Shown here in pieces: positions 1 through 13,840 of a DNA stretch of 64,000 nucleotides (position 1 is its first letter; every line of letters starts with the position of its first letter). The notes below the pieces were generated by a model. It was not told the origin of the DNA. It saw nothing but the letters and a program-made list of their open reading frames with translations, and searched no databases. The DNA comes from Raillietiella orientalis. Taxonomy: Eukaryota. The position numbers were made by a program, and so were the translations under genes. The DNA is taken from NCBI GenBank assembly GCA_036172245.1, contig JAYWIR010000012.1, positions 3,534,001 to 3,598,000 on the forward strand, given 5' to 3'.

Positions 1-3000
1 CATGTTGTGTTTACCATGAATCCTTCTTCTGAAGGATTGCGCGATCGTGCTGCAACATCTCCAGCGTTGTTCAATCGGTGTGTTTTAAATTGGTTTGGAG
101 ATTGGTCCAATCATGCTTTATATCAAGTGGGTCATGAGTTCACTTCGAGAGTAGACTTAGACAGACCTGATTGGCATCCCTCTGGATCCCATTCTGGAAA
201 TTCCGAAACTGGTGTTGCACATCGGGAAACAATAATCAACGCTTTTGTTTTTGTGCACCAAACTTTGCATCAAGCAAATGCACGTTTGGTTAAAAGAGGC
301 GCCAACACAATGTTTATCACACCTAGACATTACTTAGATTTCATTAAACAGTTTGTTCAGCTTTATGCAGAAAAGCGCGCTGAGCTTGAAGAGCAACAGT
401 TGCATTTAAATGTAGGACTCAATAAAATTGCCGAAACGGTTGATCAAGTAGAAGAGATGCAGAAATCCTTGGAAGTGAAATCCAGGGAACTGCAGTCAAA
501 AAATGAGGCAGCTAATGCAAAACTGCGTCAGATGGTGAAAAAACAGCAAGAAGCAGAAAAAAAAAAGATGCAAAGTCAAGAAATTCAACAAATTATTGAA
601 GAGCAAACCCAAATGTTTGTTGCCAAACAAAAAGCTGTTAGGGCTGATTTGGCCCTCGTAGAACCTGCAGTTATTGAAGCACAAGCAGCAGTGAAATCCA
701 TCAAAAAGCAGCATCTTGTCGAAGTTCGTTCAATGGTGAATCCGCCTCTTGTAGTTAAATTGGCGTTGGAATCCATTTGCTTATTGTTAGGAGAACCTGT
801 AACTGACTGGAAAGCTATTCGTTCAGTCATCATGAGAGAAAATTTTATCAGCACTATTGTTAATTTTAATACAGATAACATAACGTAAGTATATGGAATC
901 ACCTAATTTGACTTTGAAATGAAATATAGGGATGACGTTCATGAAGCCATGAAGAAGCGTTTCCTGTCCAATCCAGATTTTAATTATGAGAAGGTGAACC
1001 GTGCAAGTATGGCATGTGGACCAATGGTGAAATGGGCAATTGCACAGGTTTGGTGATGTTATGTTTATCTCATAAAGTGCGCTTTCATTTCAGATAAATT
1101 TTGCAGATATGTTGAAAAAAGTAGAACCTCTCCGTAGAGAATTACAATCTTTGGAATCCAAAGCCCAGGTGAATCGAACTGAGGGAGAAGCAGTTACACA
1201 GCTAATAGCACAACTTGAAAATTCAATTGCAGCATATAAAGAAGAATATGCACAATTGATTTCTCAGGCTCAGGCCATTAAACAAGATCTAGAATCTGTC
1301 CAAGCCAAAGTAAATTTTAAAAGCATCTAGTGATTAATACTTGTGTCATTTGTGGTGTAGGTAGATCGATCCATTGCCTTATTGCATTCACTTTCCCAAG
1401 AAAAAGACCGTTGGCAAGCGAGTAGTGAGGCATTTAAATCGCAAATGTCAACCATTATAGGCGACGTTCTTTTATCGGCGGCATTTTTGGCGTATGCAGG
1501 ATATTTTGATCAACAGGTGAGCCAAGAATCGGTATTCCACTCTAATAAAAAATGTCAGTTCAGGCAAAATCTCTTTACAACTTGGTGCCATCACTTGCAA
1601 GAGGCTGGAATCTTGTTTCGTTCTGATATTGCGCGATCTGAGTACCTTTCAAATCCTGATGAGAGATTGCGTTGGAGAGCTAATCACTTGCCAGCTGATG
1701 ACCTATGTGTGGAAAATGCCATCATGCTAAAAGTATAACTCACAATGAAAACTTTGGTGTCCTCAATTTGAGATACGTTTCAGAGATTCAACAGGTACCC
1801 CTTAATTGTGGATCCGTCGGGTCAGGCCACCGAATTTTTAATGAATGAATATCAGGATCGAAAAATCACCAAGACGAGTTTTCTTGACGATTCGTTTCGA
1901 AAAAATCTGGAATCGGCCTTGCGGTTTGGCAATCCTTTGCTTGTTCAGGATGTTGAAAATTATGATCCAATTTTAAATTCCGTTTTGAATCGAGAACTTA
2001 GGCGTACTGGAGGAAGAGTTCTTATCAGTCTTGGTGACCAAGATATTGATCTTTCGCCATCGTTTGTTATTTTCCTCTCCACTCGAGATCCAACTGTTGA
2101 ATTTCCCCCCGACATTTGCTCGCGTGTTACCTTCATTAATTTTACCGTGACACGTAGTAGTCTGCAAAGCCAGTGCCTCAACAAAGTGTTGAGAGCAGAA
2201 AGACCAGATATTGACGAGAAAAGATCAGATTTATTGAAGTTACAGGGAGAATTCCATTTGCGTCTTCGCCACTTGGAAAAATCTCTGTTGCAAGCTTTAA
2301 ACTATGCTCAAGGAAAAATTTTGGATAATGATAGTGTAATAACAACATTGGAAACTTTAAAACAAGAAGCTGCTGTTATATCACAGAAAGTGAAAGAGAC
2401 CGATATTGTGATGACTGAAATTGAAGCTGTCTCCCAATTATATTTACCACTGGCCCATGCTTGCAGCAGTATTTATTTTACCATGGAAGCCTTAAGTCAA
2501 TTACATCCCCTGTATCAATATTCTCTTCAATTCTTTTTGGATGTATTTCATCAAGTTTTACATGGAAATCCACATCTCGAAAGTACTGATCCTAGTAGCC
2601 GACTTGCAGTAATCACCAGAGACTTATTTCATATGGCATTTAGCAGAGTGGCACAAGGAATGCTAAATGAAGATTGGCTTGTATACGCTGTTCTTTTATG
2701 CCGAATTTACCTTAAAGGATTGACTGATGAAACTGGATGGGAAAAACTATTTTATCATTTCCTACATAGTAAAGATACTACCACATCTGTTTCTACAGTT
2801 AGTAGTTTGACACCTGAGCAAATGAGTGCTGTCTCACATCTAGCAACGAAAGTACCAGCATTTGCATCATTGCCATCCAAACTGCAAGAAAGGGAAGTGC
2901 AGTCATGGCTTGCTAAGGATGCTCCTGAGATATGTGTTCCTTCTCTTTGGGATACTGACAAACCATTGTCTCCTGTTTTGTTAACATTGCATAAGCTCTT

Positions 3001-5183
3001 GTTGATACAATCTTTGAGACCAGATCGCATGTTGGCCATCATGCATGAATTTATAGACACTGTTATGGGAAAAGCTTTCTATGCAAATGCAGAAAAGGAA
3101 ATCGATTTAGGCACCATCGTGGGAGAAGAAGTAGCAGCATCAATACCAATACTTTTGTGTTCAGTCCCAGGCTATGATGCATCAGCAAGAGTGGAAGATT
3201 TAGCAACAGAACTAAACAAAAGCCTGAGTTCTGTGGCTATTGGATCATCAGAAGGATTCACCCTAGCCGAAAAAGCTATTTATTCAGCCAGTCGTAATGG
3301 AAGGTGAGCTGTTTCAGAGTCACAAAGATCAACCATGTATTTATTTACTGTCTAAAGGTGGGTTATGTTGACGAACGTCCATTTGGCACCACAGTGGCTT
3401 GTGCAGCTTGAAAAGAAATTACATAATTTGCAGCCTCATGCAAACTTTCGCGTGTTTTTGACGTTGGAGATTAACAGCAAGCCTCCTGTGAATTTACTTC
3501 GAACTGGTCGCATACTTGTGTTTGAGCCTCCACCTGGCATGCGTGCTAACTTGTTGCGTACTTTTAATACAGTAAGCAGTAATGAATATTTTTCTTATAA
3601 TTGTGATAATATTCTTTGTAGATACCAGCGTCTCGAATGATGAAACCTCCCAGTGAACGAGCACGATTGTATTTTCTGCTTTTCTGGTTCCATGCAATTG
3701 TGCAGGAACGACTGCGTTATGTGCCATTGGGATGGGCACATCATTATGAATTCAATGAGTCAGATTTACGTATAGCATGCGACACACTGGACTCTTGGAT
3801 TGAAACTGCAGCTTTGAACAGAAGCAATTTACCACCAGACAAAGTTCCCTGGTCAGCTTTATCAACACTACTAGCACAGTGTATATATGGTGGAAAAATT
3901 GATAACGACTTCGACCAGAGATTGTTAGTTACATTTTTGAAAAAATTGTTCACTCCAAAGAGTTTTGAGCCCGACTTTATGCTGATAAGTGGTAGCTCAG
4001 AGTGCCATCCAGTTCCCATGCCTGAAGCTGTTCATCGTGACCAGTTTTTACTTTGGATCGATAATTTGACAGAAAAACAGACACCTTCATGGCTGGGATT
4101 GCCAAATAATGCAGAACGTGTCTTGCTTACGAATCGTGGTGCTACTTTAATAACAAGATTACTTAAGATGCAGTTACTTGAAGCGGATGAAGAAGAATTA
4201 GTCTATAACATGATTGCAAATGAAGGAGCATTAGAGCAACCCAAGGATGGGCAACCATTATGGATGCGTACCTTGCATGAAACTGCACAAGAGTGGCTTC
4301 ACCTATTGCCAGATTCATCATTTGCATTGCATCGAACACAGATGAATATCCGTGATCCATTATATCGATACTTTGAACGCGAAGTTACATGTGGCTCTCA
4401 GCTTTTACGCACTGTCAGGAATGATTTATCAGATGTTCTGCTCATATGCAAGGTATGTATATAGGTATAGTCAACAAATTGAAGGAGATTATTCTGTAGG
4501 CAGAAAAAAAACAAACCAACTATCATCGAAACATGTTAAGTCAGTTGATACGTGGTGTAATACCAAAGCACTGGTGTTGCTATGCCATAGCACCTGGTGT
4601 CACTGTTGCCCATTGGTTCACAGATTTTGCCAAACGTATTCAGCAGCTGCAAAGAATAGCTGCAACCTGTGGATCTAATAGCCTACAAAGTGTGACTGTG
4701 TGGCTTGGTGGTTTGTTCAATCCAGAAGCATTTTTGACTGCAACACGTCAGTTTGTAGCACAGAGCAATAACTGGTCTCTTGAAGAACTAACACTCCGAA
4801 TTGAAGTTCTCTCGGATGCTTCTGTGCCCTTGGATAAATGTAGTTTCATGATTTCAGATCTTTTACTGCAAGGAGCTGATTGCAAACAAAATGTTCTACG
4901 AGTGACTTCAGATATTTACACAAATTTACCATTGGTTAAAATAAGTTGGATACAGTAAGTTTTTTGCAATTCTATAATTTTTGAGTCCTTTTGTTTTTTT
5001 TTCTTCAATAGTATCCCTGATGCTCAAGTTATATCACATCCGTGTGTCACTCTTCCTGTATATTTGAATGCAACACGTAGTGATCTCCTGTTTACTGTAC
5101 AACTAGCAATAGCAAAAGATCAACAGGAAACCCAGTTTCATGAACGTGGGGTAGCATTGCTGGCTACATCAACAATAATCTAG
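1..5183 (+). CDS. DYNC1H1: Cytoplasmic dynein 1 heavy chain, 3' portion (end of AAA4, stalk/MTBD, AAA5, AAA6, C-terminus); 5' part lies outside the window
   Basis: Hallmark peptides [97 protein letters not shown]. Nine frame-consistent GT-AG introns: 885-929, 1048-1093, 1310-1360, 1517-1558, 1733-1783, 3304-3357, 3572-3621, 4453-4499, 4955-5011. Stop TAG at 5181-5183. Confidence 0.97.
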
Positions 5184-5215
5184 AAGTGAGTGCTTTAGTA
5201 CAGAATTTATTATCA

Positions 5216-8200
5216 TCACATTTCTTCCACACTCCATTTATAGGCTTCTTCACGAATCGCTTCTTTACCACTTAAACGTTCGTATAGACGACTCTCGAAT
5301 CCATTCGATCTATCGACCCCATCCCATCTATAGCCAGGAGGAATACCAAAACGATTTGGAGGAGCATCTGGCCCTTTATAGCGTGGCTTAACTGCAACAT
5401 ACCGCCAAAAATATTGAATTTACAAAAAAAATAAAACTTAATTTACCAGAAGTTGTGGGTGTTTGCTTTTCTTGTTTCCGTCGCAAGTATTTTAACATTG
5501 GGTCACCTTCTCGTTCTCGAGATTTTAATTCCAGCTCAAGATCCACATCATCTGCATATCTAGCTAGTGGCTTTGCCATTTCATGCAAGTGTTGTTCCAA
5601 TTCAGCCTGTTGTTCTTGTATTTGCTTCAGACTTAAAACATAATCTTAGTATTATTATTTCTAACTATTATTGCAAAACAAGCACACAATCTGATTTACC
5701 TACCCTTTACTCCACAACTGATACTTTTTTAAATATGCTTCTTTTTCTTTTATAATTTCTTCTTTTTTACGCCTTTCTGCATCTTCATCTTTCACTTTGC
5801 CTGTCTTTCTATCTCTCACAATGGTTTTTGCATATCGTCCAGACAATTCTGCATCTAGCTATTAAAACAATAGTATTAATAGGTTCACTTGTGAACAAGT
5901 CTGGTTCAAGTAAAATGACAAAACATTTAACAAATTCAGAAACAAACTTGATGGTTACAATTAAAAGGATCTCTTCTTCAACATTAATAAATGCTTGAAC
6001 TAACAAATTCTTCTACCAAATTCTATGGACATTTGATCTGAAGCCAATTTTTTGTTCTTGAACTTTATAGAAAATTGAAAAATTAAGGACAGAACCGAAG
6101 CTTGCAAAATTGACATTTACTGAGAATTTACTGAAATTTTTTTGTATAACTTTTGAAATAATTTGCTTGAATTCGATGGATGTTTGTATCAGATTTCACG
6201 AACTTACTTTATGGCATATTCAGATTACACATTCAAGAATTCAGAAACTATACAAATGTGTACTTTAGAACTGAAACATATCTACATGGGCCCAAACTAA
6301 AGCAAATTCTCAATAGAAACTTGGTATCAGAAGATTGTAAACACAGCTTATGATCAAGAAATTTTACCTCACTAAATAACTGTTTCTCCTTTTGTATGTT
6401 ATTCTGCAATTTTCTTGAACTGTTTACATCTGAGGGACAATGTTGGTCCAAGTTTTGTCTCTTTTGGGAATGAGCTTGCTCTGAATCATGCTTCTGATGA
6501 CCCAAGAGAGGAGAATGGTTAGCATCATGTTTCTTCCGGGACATATGGGGAGGAGATTGGTTAGAGTTGTGCCTCTTCCGGGATACACGGGGAGGGGACT
6601 GGACAGAGTCATGCCTCTTGCGAGACACACGGGGAGGGGACTGGTCAGAGCCATGCCTCTTCCGGGATACACGTGGAGGGGACTGGTCAGAGCCATGCCT
6701 CTTGCGAGACACACGGGGAGGGGACTGGTCAGAGTCGTGCCTCTTCCGGGATACACGTGGAGGGGACTGGTCAGAGTCATGCCTCTTGCGAGACAAACAG
6801 GGAGGGGACTGGTCAGAGTCATGCCTCTTCCGAGACACACAGGGAGGGGACTGGTCAGAGTCATGCCTCTTCCGAGACACACGGGGAGGGGACTGGTCAG
6901 AGTCATGGCTCTTCTGAGACACACGGGGAGGGGACTGGTCAGAGTCATGCCTCTTCCGAGACACACGGGGAGGGGACTGGTCAGAGTCATGGTTTTTCTG
7001 GGATTCATGGGTCAGACTTTTTTGAGACACACTGGGAAAAGATGGGCCAGCAGCAGGACTCCGACCAGTTTGGGGCATGTGAGTAGGAGGAGGTCCACTG
7101 GAATCTTGTTTCTTTAAAGAAGCATGAGAACAGGATGCACTAGTATTTTCTTTCGAAAGTTTACTTGACGCTGTTTTCTGCTTTTTCAATTGTAAACTAA
7201 CACCACTACTTTTGGGGGCAGGAGGAAACAAATTATCCTTATTGTCAAATGAAACTTGATGTTGCAATCCATTCACTTCAGCAAAGGAATCCCTTTTTAT
7301 TTTATTACGACTGGGAGTGCAACTCTGATTCTGTTTATTAAAAGCACTATCTTCTGAATCATCTTGAATGTGACTTTCAGACAAACTTTCATGGGATTGA
7401 TTTTGTGATGGTGATAGATCATGAATTGCTTTCCATTTTTTTTTGAAAGTTTTTTCACTGCTTTCTTCTCCGACAAATTTTGCTTGCATCAAAAGTTGTA
7501 GGCTATCCATCTTTCTAGCTGGTACCTTCCGATCATGCGGTAATTGCTTTTTGGATGTCTCAACCAATGGAGCTGTTTCATCGACAAATGCTGCAATTTG
7601 TGGTAATTCCTCTGCAGTTGACATTAATATTTCATTATCATCAACAGAAATAGAAGACACAGGAATATCATCATCGATAACCTTGACCTTGGAGCTATAA
7701 TTTATACAAGACATTAAAATTGTTAATACTCAAACTATGGTAGGAAGCATCATGGCAAAAAAATTTGAAGTAACAAAAAAAAACAGATTTCCACACGGAG
7801 TATTCGCGCATTACTTCATGAAAGTATCGATAATGAAACAAATTTTTCTTGATGGTAATTTTTTTTTATCTTAAAAACCAAAATTTTAAAGGATATTTTT
7901 TATGAATTCCTTTTCTGATCAGTGAAAGTTTGCAATTTTTGTTCTAAAAAAGCGATAAACATGCAATTTTCATGTACTTCCTTAATGATAATCTATAACT
8001 CCAATTAAAATAAGAATTGAGTTCAAGCTATATTTAAAAAAACAAAAACCAAGAGATATACATAACAGCAAGATATTTGTAAGAAATCCTATTTGGTTCT
8101 TTCATTGAGCACTAGTCACTTGTCATATTAACTTGACAACAAAAAAATAAACCAAAGGTTATTCAATTATTTTTAATATCGTCATTATTATGCTGTACAT

Positions 8201-10583
8201 CTCATCATCTCGTTGTATATATAAACGTCACATATCCTCCATGCAGTACTTCTGAAAGGCCATAATGATAAATGGATTTCGCAAATCCATGTATAATCTC
8301 CTAAACCTGACAATCCTCCTCCTATTTCAACATGTCAGTTTCCTTTTTTCAGTTTCACTCACATTACTACTCCAGAAACTTGCTTTGTTTTTTCCAGTAC
8401 TGAACTATTTAGCAGTTAAGTGATTTACACAATTTAACTTGCTTAAAAACTTAAACCTCTGAAAAAGCTAACTCTTGTCTTTAACCTCCAACTCATAATA
8501 AAATACCTACAGTGCATAAACCCCAACAAAATAAGGTCAAATAACAGAGCTGAAATCAAAACAGAAACTTGTATAATTGCACATATTGCTAACCATTGTT
8601 AAAAAACAGAACACAGACTTCCTTAAAAAAATAATGTGGTACAGCTTATACTTCCCTTGCCCCTAGTTGTTCTTGAGCATTCATAACACATACTTTAATA
8701 CCATTTAATTGAAGTCAGTTACACTTTTGCATCATTTCCTATATACACAAACTAAACATATAAATATTATTTTGGCTATAACTGCATGTCCTATCTTAGT
8801 TTTATTTCTTGGTTATTCAAATTGATTAACACTGAAAGAGCCATCAACAAATTTCGCAAATGAGCATTCTTATTTTAATACTGAAACTAAAACCCAGTTC
8901 CAATGGTAGCAATTTTTTTTATTTAAGCAAAATGCAATAAAATTCATTTCCACTGGATCAATAAAAACAATTTCCACACTTAACTACTGACATTTTTATG
9001 CTAGCATGATAACAAAACTAAGAAAATGATTTTGCACACAAATGGCAACAAGCAACAGATAGCATTATTTTTTAAACAAGTACAAAATTTGGAAAACATT
9101 TTACATTATTTTTCCAAACCACCTTTGAGTAATTGGAAACTGGTCTTTGTGTTTCAAAGCACTGCTGATACACAAAAGACATTAAAATAAAATATGCCTC
9201 AAGGAGGAAAAAAAGGAGGAAAAAAAAAAAGCCTTTTCTTAATTTCAGTTCTACTGACTTGCTCTTTTGATGTCATATACAAAGTAGCAATGTAGTGAAT
9301 GTAACAATCAAGCAATAAAGAATAAAGTGTGATAATAATGATGACAATCTATAATTATGTACAAATAATATTTTACATTGACGTTCCAAAACTGAAGTAA
9401 TCAAATATCCATAATACCAATGCTGAAAGTTCCTTTACTCTTGGAGGAATAAAATTTCCTTCAAGGATAAAGAAGAATACTGATCATAATTTATAATATC
9501 ATCATTATTTCTCACATAGAAACAATGTTTGCTTTCCTAATACAGGACAAAGCTTATCAATTTAATCTACAGTTTTTCAGTTTTCACTGACTTGAAAACT
9601 TTACTTCTAATATCTCTCTTGCTTACAAACCATTATAGTCTACTTAATTGCTACTATTTCCATTAAATCTAATTAATTGTAGCATTTCAATGAGAATCCA
9701 TTATAGTTGAGTTACAACTGAAGTAATCACTACATAATTACTTTTAACATGTGAACTTCAAAGTCCTATATTCTTATTTTTGAAAATGTTCCCATTACTT
9801 TAAAAAGATGAATCACAAATGTCAACAATGTAAAATTTTCAAATCCAGATATAAACACGTAGGGGCATATGTATATCATAACATTTCAGGAACATGACAG
9901 AAGAAGTGAAAGAAAAGCTCTCATATTATATGGTTTTCTGACTTATTGCAGTCTCTTCATTTCATTTGCTTGAATTTTATGACACTTGAATTTTTTTTTG
10001 GGGGGGGGACTGCCCACGAGTCGTCAGTTACTTTAGTCGTGGAAATGTAGTCGTAGAAAGTGTGGAATACTTAGGCACATCAACTGGAAGACTAGTATGT
10101 TGTTCCTTGCTATTTTTTAATCTCTGTCACATTACAATTGGGCAGCGATGGAGAACAGAGACAGCATAAAGACAAGGGAGGTATGAAATGGGAACAAAAC
10201 CGATCTTTATATGATAATCTTAAGTATGCTAAGAATAAACATCAAACCCTAAAATCATATCATCCTGCTCAATAAAAATGAGGAAATGAATATTTACCAC
10301 TTCAAGACAACACCAAACCAACAAAGTTGTGGAAACTACCACATTTTTTGCGTAACGGAAAACGCTCAAAGAATTTTCAGTTAAATACCTGATAATTTTA
10401 AAACTTATAAATCAATTAAATCAACTTTCGATATCATGATTACTACACAAAGTTGCAACTTACAAATTCACACAACACTTACTGTTTATATTTAGTATGC
10501 TTCTTTTTTGAATATTTATTTTTTCCCAATTTCAAGTACTTTTTCAGATACTCTTTTCTACTCATTTCCTTACCAACTTCCAT
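5216..10583 (-). CDS. BUD13: BUD13 homolog (RES complex splicing factor)
   Basis: Exons about 10583-10483 ([17 protein letters not shown]...), 7694-6369 (KVIDDD... plus HDSDQSPPR repeats), 5858-5704 ([15 protein letters not shown]...WSKG), 5631-5447 ([13 protein letters not shown]...REGDPML), 5391-5216 ([23 protein letters not shown]...KWSVEEM*). The junctions are GT-AG and keep frame. Confidence 0.95.
6526..6990 (-). repeat. Coding 42-bp tandem repeat (14-aa unit [14 protein letters not shown], about 11 copies plus degenerate ends) inside BUD13
   Basis: The unit ggggactggtcagagtcatgcctcttccgagacacacgggga repeats visibly on the + strand and explains the long overlapping ORFs in several frames. 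Confidence 0.95.
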
Positions 10584-13500
10584 AGTTAAATTTCATTCAC
10601 TTAATTCAAACAGCAAGACAAATCCAATCCAATACAAACACAGGTTTACCAAGTTGTTTGGATGCATTTTAAACCGCAAACTAGATGGTTTTCCAAATTC
10701 ACTTTGATATTTACAACATAATGCAAACACGCAAAGCCTCTGCAATGAACATCACATCTATAAATATCCAAATATTTTATTTTAACCAATGTTATATGAA
10801 TTACCCGATTAGAAGTAATTACGATCTCCATAATTCTAAATTTTGTTGCAGGCATTCCTTAATTCTTTTCGGAACTCAAATCGAGTTCTCACTATTCCAT
10901 ATCAAAGGAAAACTCGGAACATCCAAAATGTGTATATACCCAGCTCTAAACAAAATCACAGGCGTTGGTTTAAACTTCAATTCCATTGGAAATGTGAAAC
11001 TAGTCGTCTGAATCTGAAATTTATCATGCTTTCATTTCAATTCTAGACAAAATTAATTCCTCCTTTGATTTGAATGGATGCACAAAGAAACAGTGGTTCA
11101 TGAAATGAAAATCGTGTATTCTTGCCAGTTAGTTTGAATGTGTGCATGACTGCCTCTTATTCTTATTAATGATTCAAGAGGGAAAAGAGCATACGAAAGA
11201 GCTTTTGATGGGTTTTCTCAGACGTTCAAATAACAAGACTGAAGCCTTTATTCCTTGTTTGCCTTATTCAGAAGGCAATGAGGAATGAAGTTAAATGTTT
11301 TTTTTTTTTTTTGTCAACTTCGTTCTCAGCAAATGAGAATCTGAAGTTCTGTAAATTTTGAATACTGTTAAACGGGTCTCAATCAAATGGCAGCTATACG
11401 AAATTATTGAGAAGTTGTCAGATACCAGTCGAACTTCTTATGTGGTTGACAGTACACCCAAGGAAGCACTATAAGTAGTTTTAAGCGCTAATATATGTTA
11501 TTACTCTGCAGCCGCTAGTTTAAACAATCATATCTGCAATATCGGAAATAATACGTTTCTCCAATCTTACATTTTCAGCCGAGCTCGAAATTCCCGACTA
11601 GTGGAAAAATGAATTCGTTCCTAGATGCAAGTGTTTTTTGATATTCACACTTGCATCTTCATACAGATTCGAACAGTAAGAACAATGTATTCTTCTGACA
11701 TACTTCATAATTGTGTGCCTTGAAAAACATGCACGTTTAAAAGTCGAATGGTTGAAACACCATGAAAATTACGAAATCAACTTGTTTTGACCTTAATGAT
11801 TTTTCGGTCATCTTCATATCACATTGCAAAACATTTACTTATTTTTCGATAACCATGCCGTTATTTTGCTACGAATACATAAGTGAATCAAATGAAGAAG
11901 CCATCCAATACCTTTCTTCGGTACGACTCTTCCTGCACTTTCCGAGATGCATACGTCATTCAGAAATTCGTTTATGGCAGCTTAAGACTTCAAAAGGTCA
12001 TACGACAGTGAGCATGTACACTTGAATTATTTGTTTGGCTGGCCAAGTTAGCAAAAATTTTCGTTACTGTATGTTTCTATAATTTCTTATGAATATATGT
12101 TACCATGAGTATCTACAAAAGAATTTATTTATGAATTAAAGCCCAGGGAAGAAGTCAAATTAACCTAGAAGTAGTTCTGAAAGTTTTTGATAGTATTCCA
12201 CTTTCAGCGAGGGCTTACTTGGATTCGCGTTGTATACGTATTTTTAATGAAATTATTCTTTAAAGCGATTCTACATGGGAATTTTCTGCTGCCTATGTCC
12301 TTTTTGACTGCATGACTTGTCCGGTGTGAAAGGGCGTGATCTGCTTATAAAATAAGTAATAGGACGTATACTAACTTTTCGCGTGCTTGTTTATAAAAAT
12401 TGCCTTTTGTGTTTTTATAGCGATTGTTTTTATGCACATGCACATTTTGTGCGTGTGTGTGTAGTTTGTTTCCCACGGTGGGCCTTTTGGTAGGCTCGTT
12501 CTTGCAAGGAGGCTGGGATGCTTTCGGCGGCGGACCCGGTTTTGCGCATTTTCTTTTGTTGTGGGGGGGGGGGGAGGCTCGCTTTCCAAATTGTGGTAGA
12601 AATGTTGCAACCCCCTCCCACTCCAACGTTTCCATGAAGTTTGTTCCCGGAAACGCGCTCCCTGACGTTATCGTAGTACATTTCTATTTTACGAAACTCC
12701 GTCTCCAGATGCCTTCCGACGGAAAAACAAATCCCGAGCCGACTCCCGTACGTTTGTTTACGAAATCTAGCGCGACATCTTAACGAATACAGTTAGGGGG
12801 AATGGAATTTTTGTACGTACCGAGAGCGACTCCTTCGAAGCGAAAAAGCGTCCTAAAAAGTGAATTTCTTTATAAAGGTGAAGTTTGCATTTCAGAATTT
12901 CATAATATCGGTGGAATAAAGAAAATAAATGCTGAATTACCTTTAAAACTCATTAGTTGTACTTTATTTTAATTTTCATATATACTGTTACGTAGTTGGC
13001 GTATTTTTGAGCTTATTACGTTTTACTATTTATCGTGATTATGCAGTAGTTGCACATATACCAACATCTTACTTCTAAAGGTTATGGAATCGGTGGTAAT
13101 AATTTTAATATTGTAAAAAAGAATCTTGCCCCATAAAAAAAAGTAAGGTACATTTCATAGAAGAAGCTCGTTTAAATTGACTTTCATACCACGTCATGAT
13201 TTTAAAGGATGTGTGCTTTTACTACCAACGAAACCTCATGGTTTTATGACAGGAAACAAAACAAAAATGTTCTTGGAAATAAAAGTATAGAAAATGTTTA
13301 AATAAAACTTCCGTAAAAAAAAAAAAAAAAAAAAAAAGACCCCAATTTTGTTTTCCGTGGGAAATTTTGAATATGTGCATATAATTAGTATGCATCCAAC
13401 TGTATACATGTTATTCTATGAAACATTGAGTTTACCAATGTACATCGATTTTGCGTATTGAATTAATCATATTAATGTGGATCACTTTTAAAGTGTTATA

Positions 13501-13840
13501 TTTAATGGTCTTTAGAAAAATGTTTTACTTCATTTGAAGCATTATGTTTCAGTAATTGAATATCTTTTGAGATAGGGATATGAAGATGTAATGTCAGTTT
13601 ATGAAATGGTATTTTAATGAATACTGGTATACAGTTTTAAGAGACATTAAGTTAAGCATGTGTATGCCATTGCCATGATACAATTCACTAATTGCAACCC
13701 AAGTAATTCTAATTTTTGTTTGTGTTTTTTCCAACCGTGTGATAATTTGAAGAATAATTAATTTCATGGTGTTATGTATTAGCATAAGGAGTGAAGGAAA
13801 GCAAGAGAAGTCTCTAGAAATTCCAGCTATTGAGATTATC

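Noticed and set aside
6424..7117. Long ORFs in other frames and on the opposite strand (194, 209, 116 and 137 aa); CRISPR-like periodicity
   Set aside because: By-products of the 42-bp BUD13 coding repeat. There are no unique spacers and the context is eukaryotic.
12345..12783. Short overlapping ORFs in the BUD13-PCIF1 intergenic region
   Set aside because: A locally GC-richer patch, more likely a divergent promoter or 5' UTR; no coding signature.
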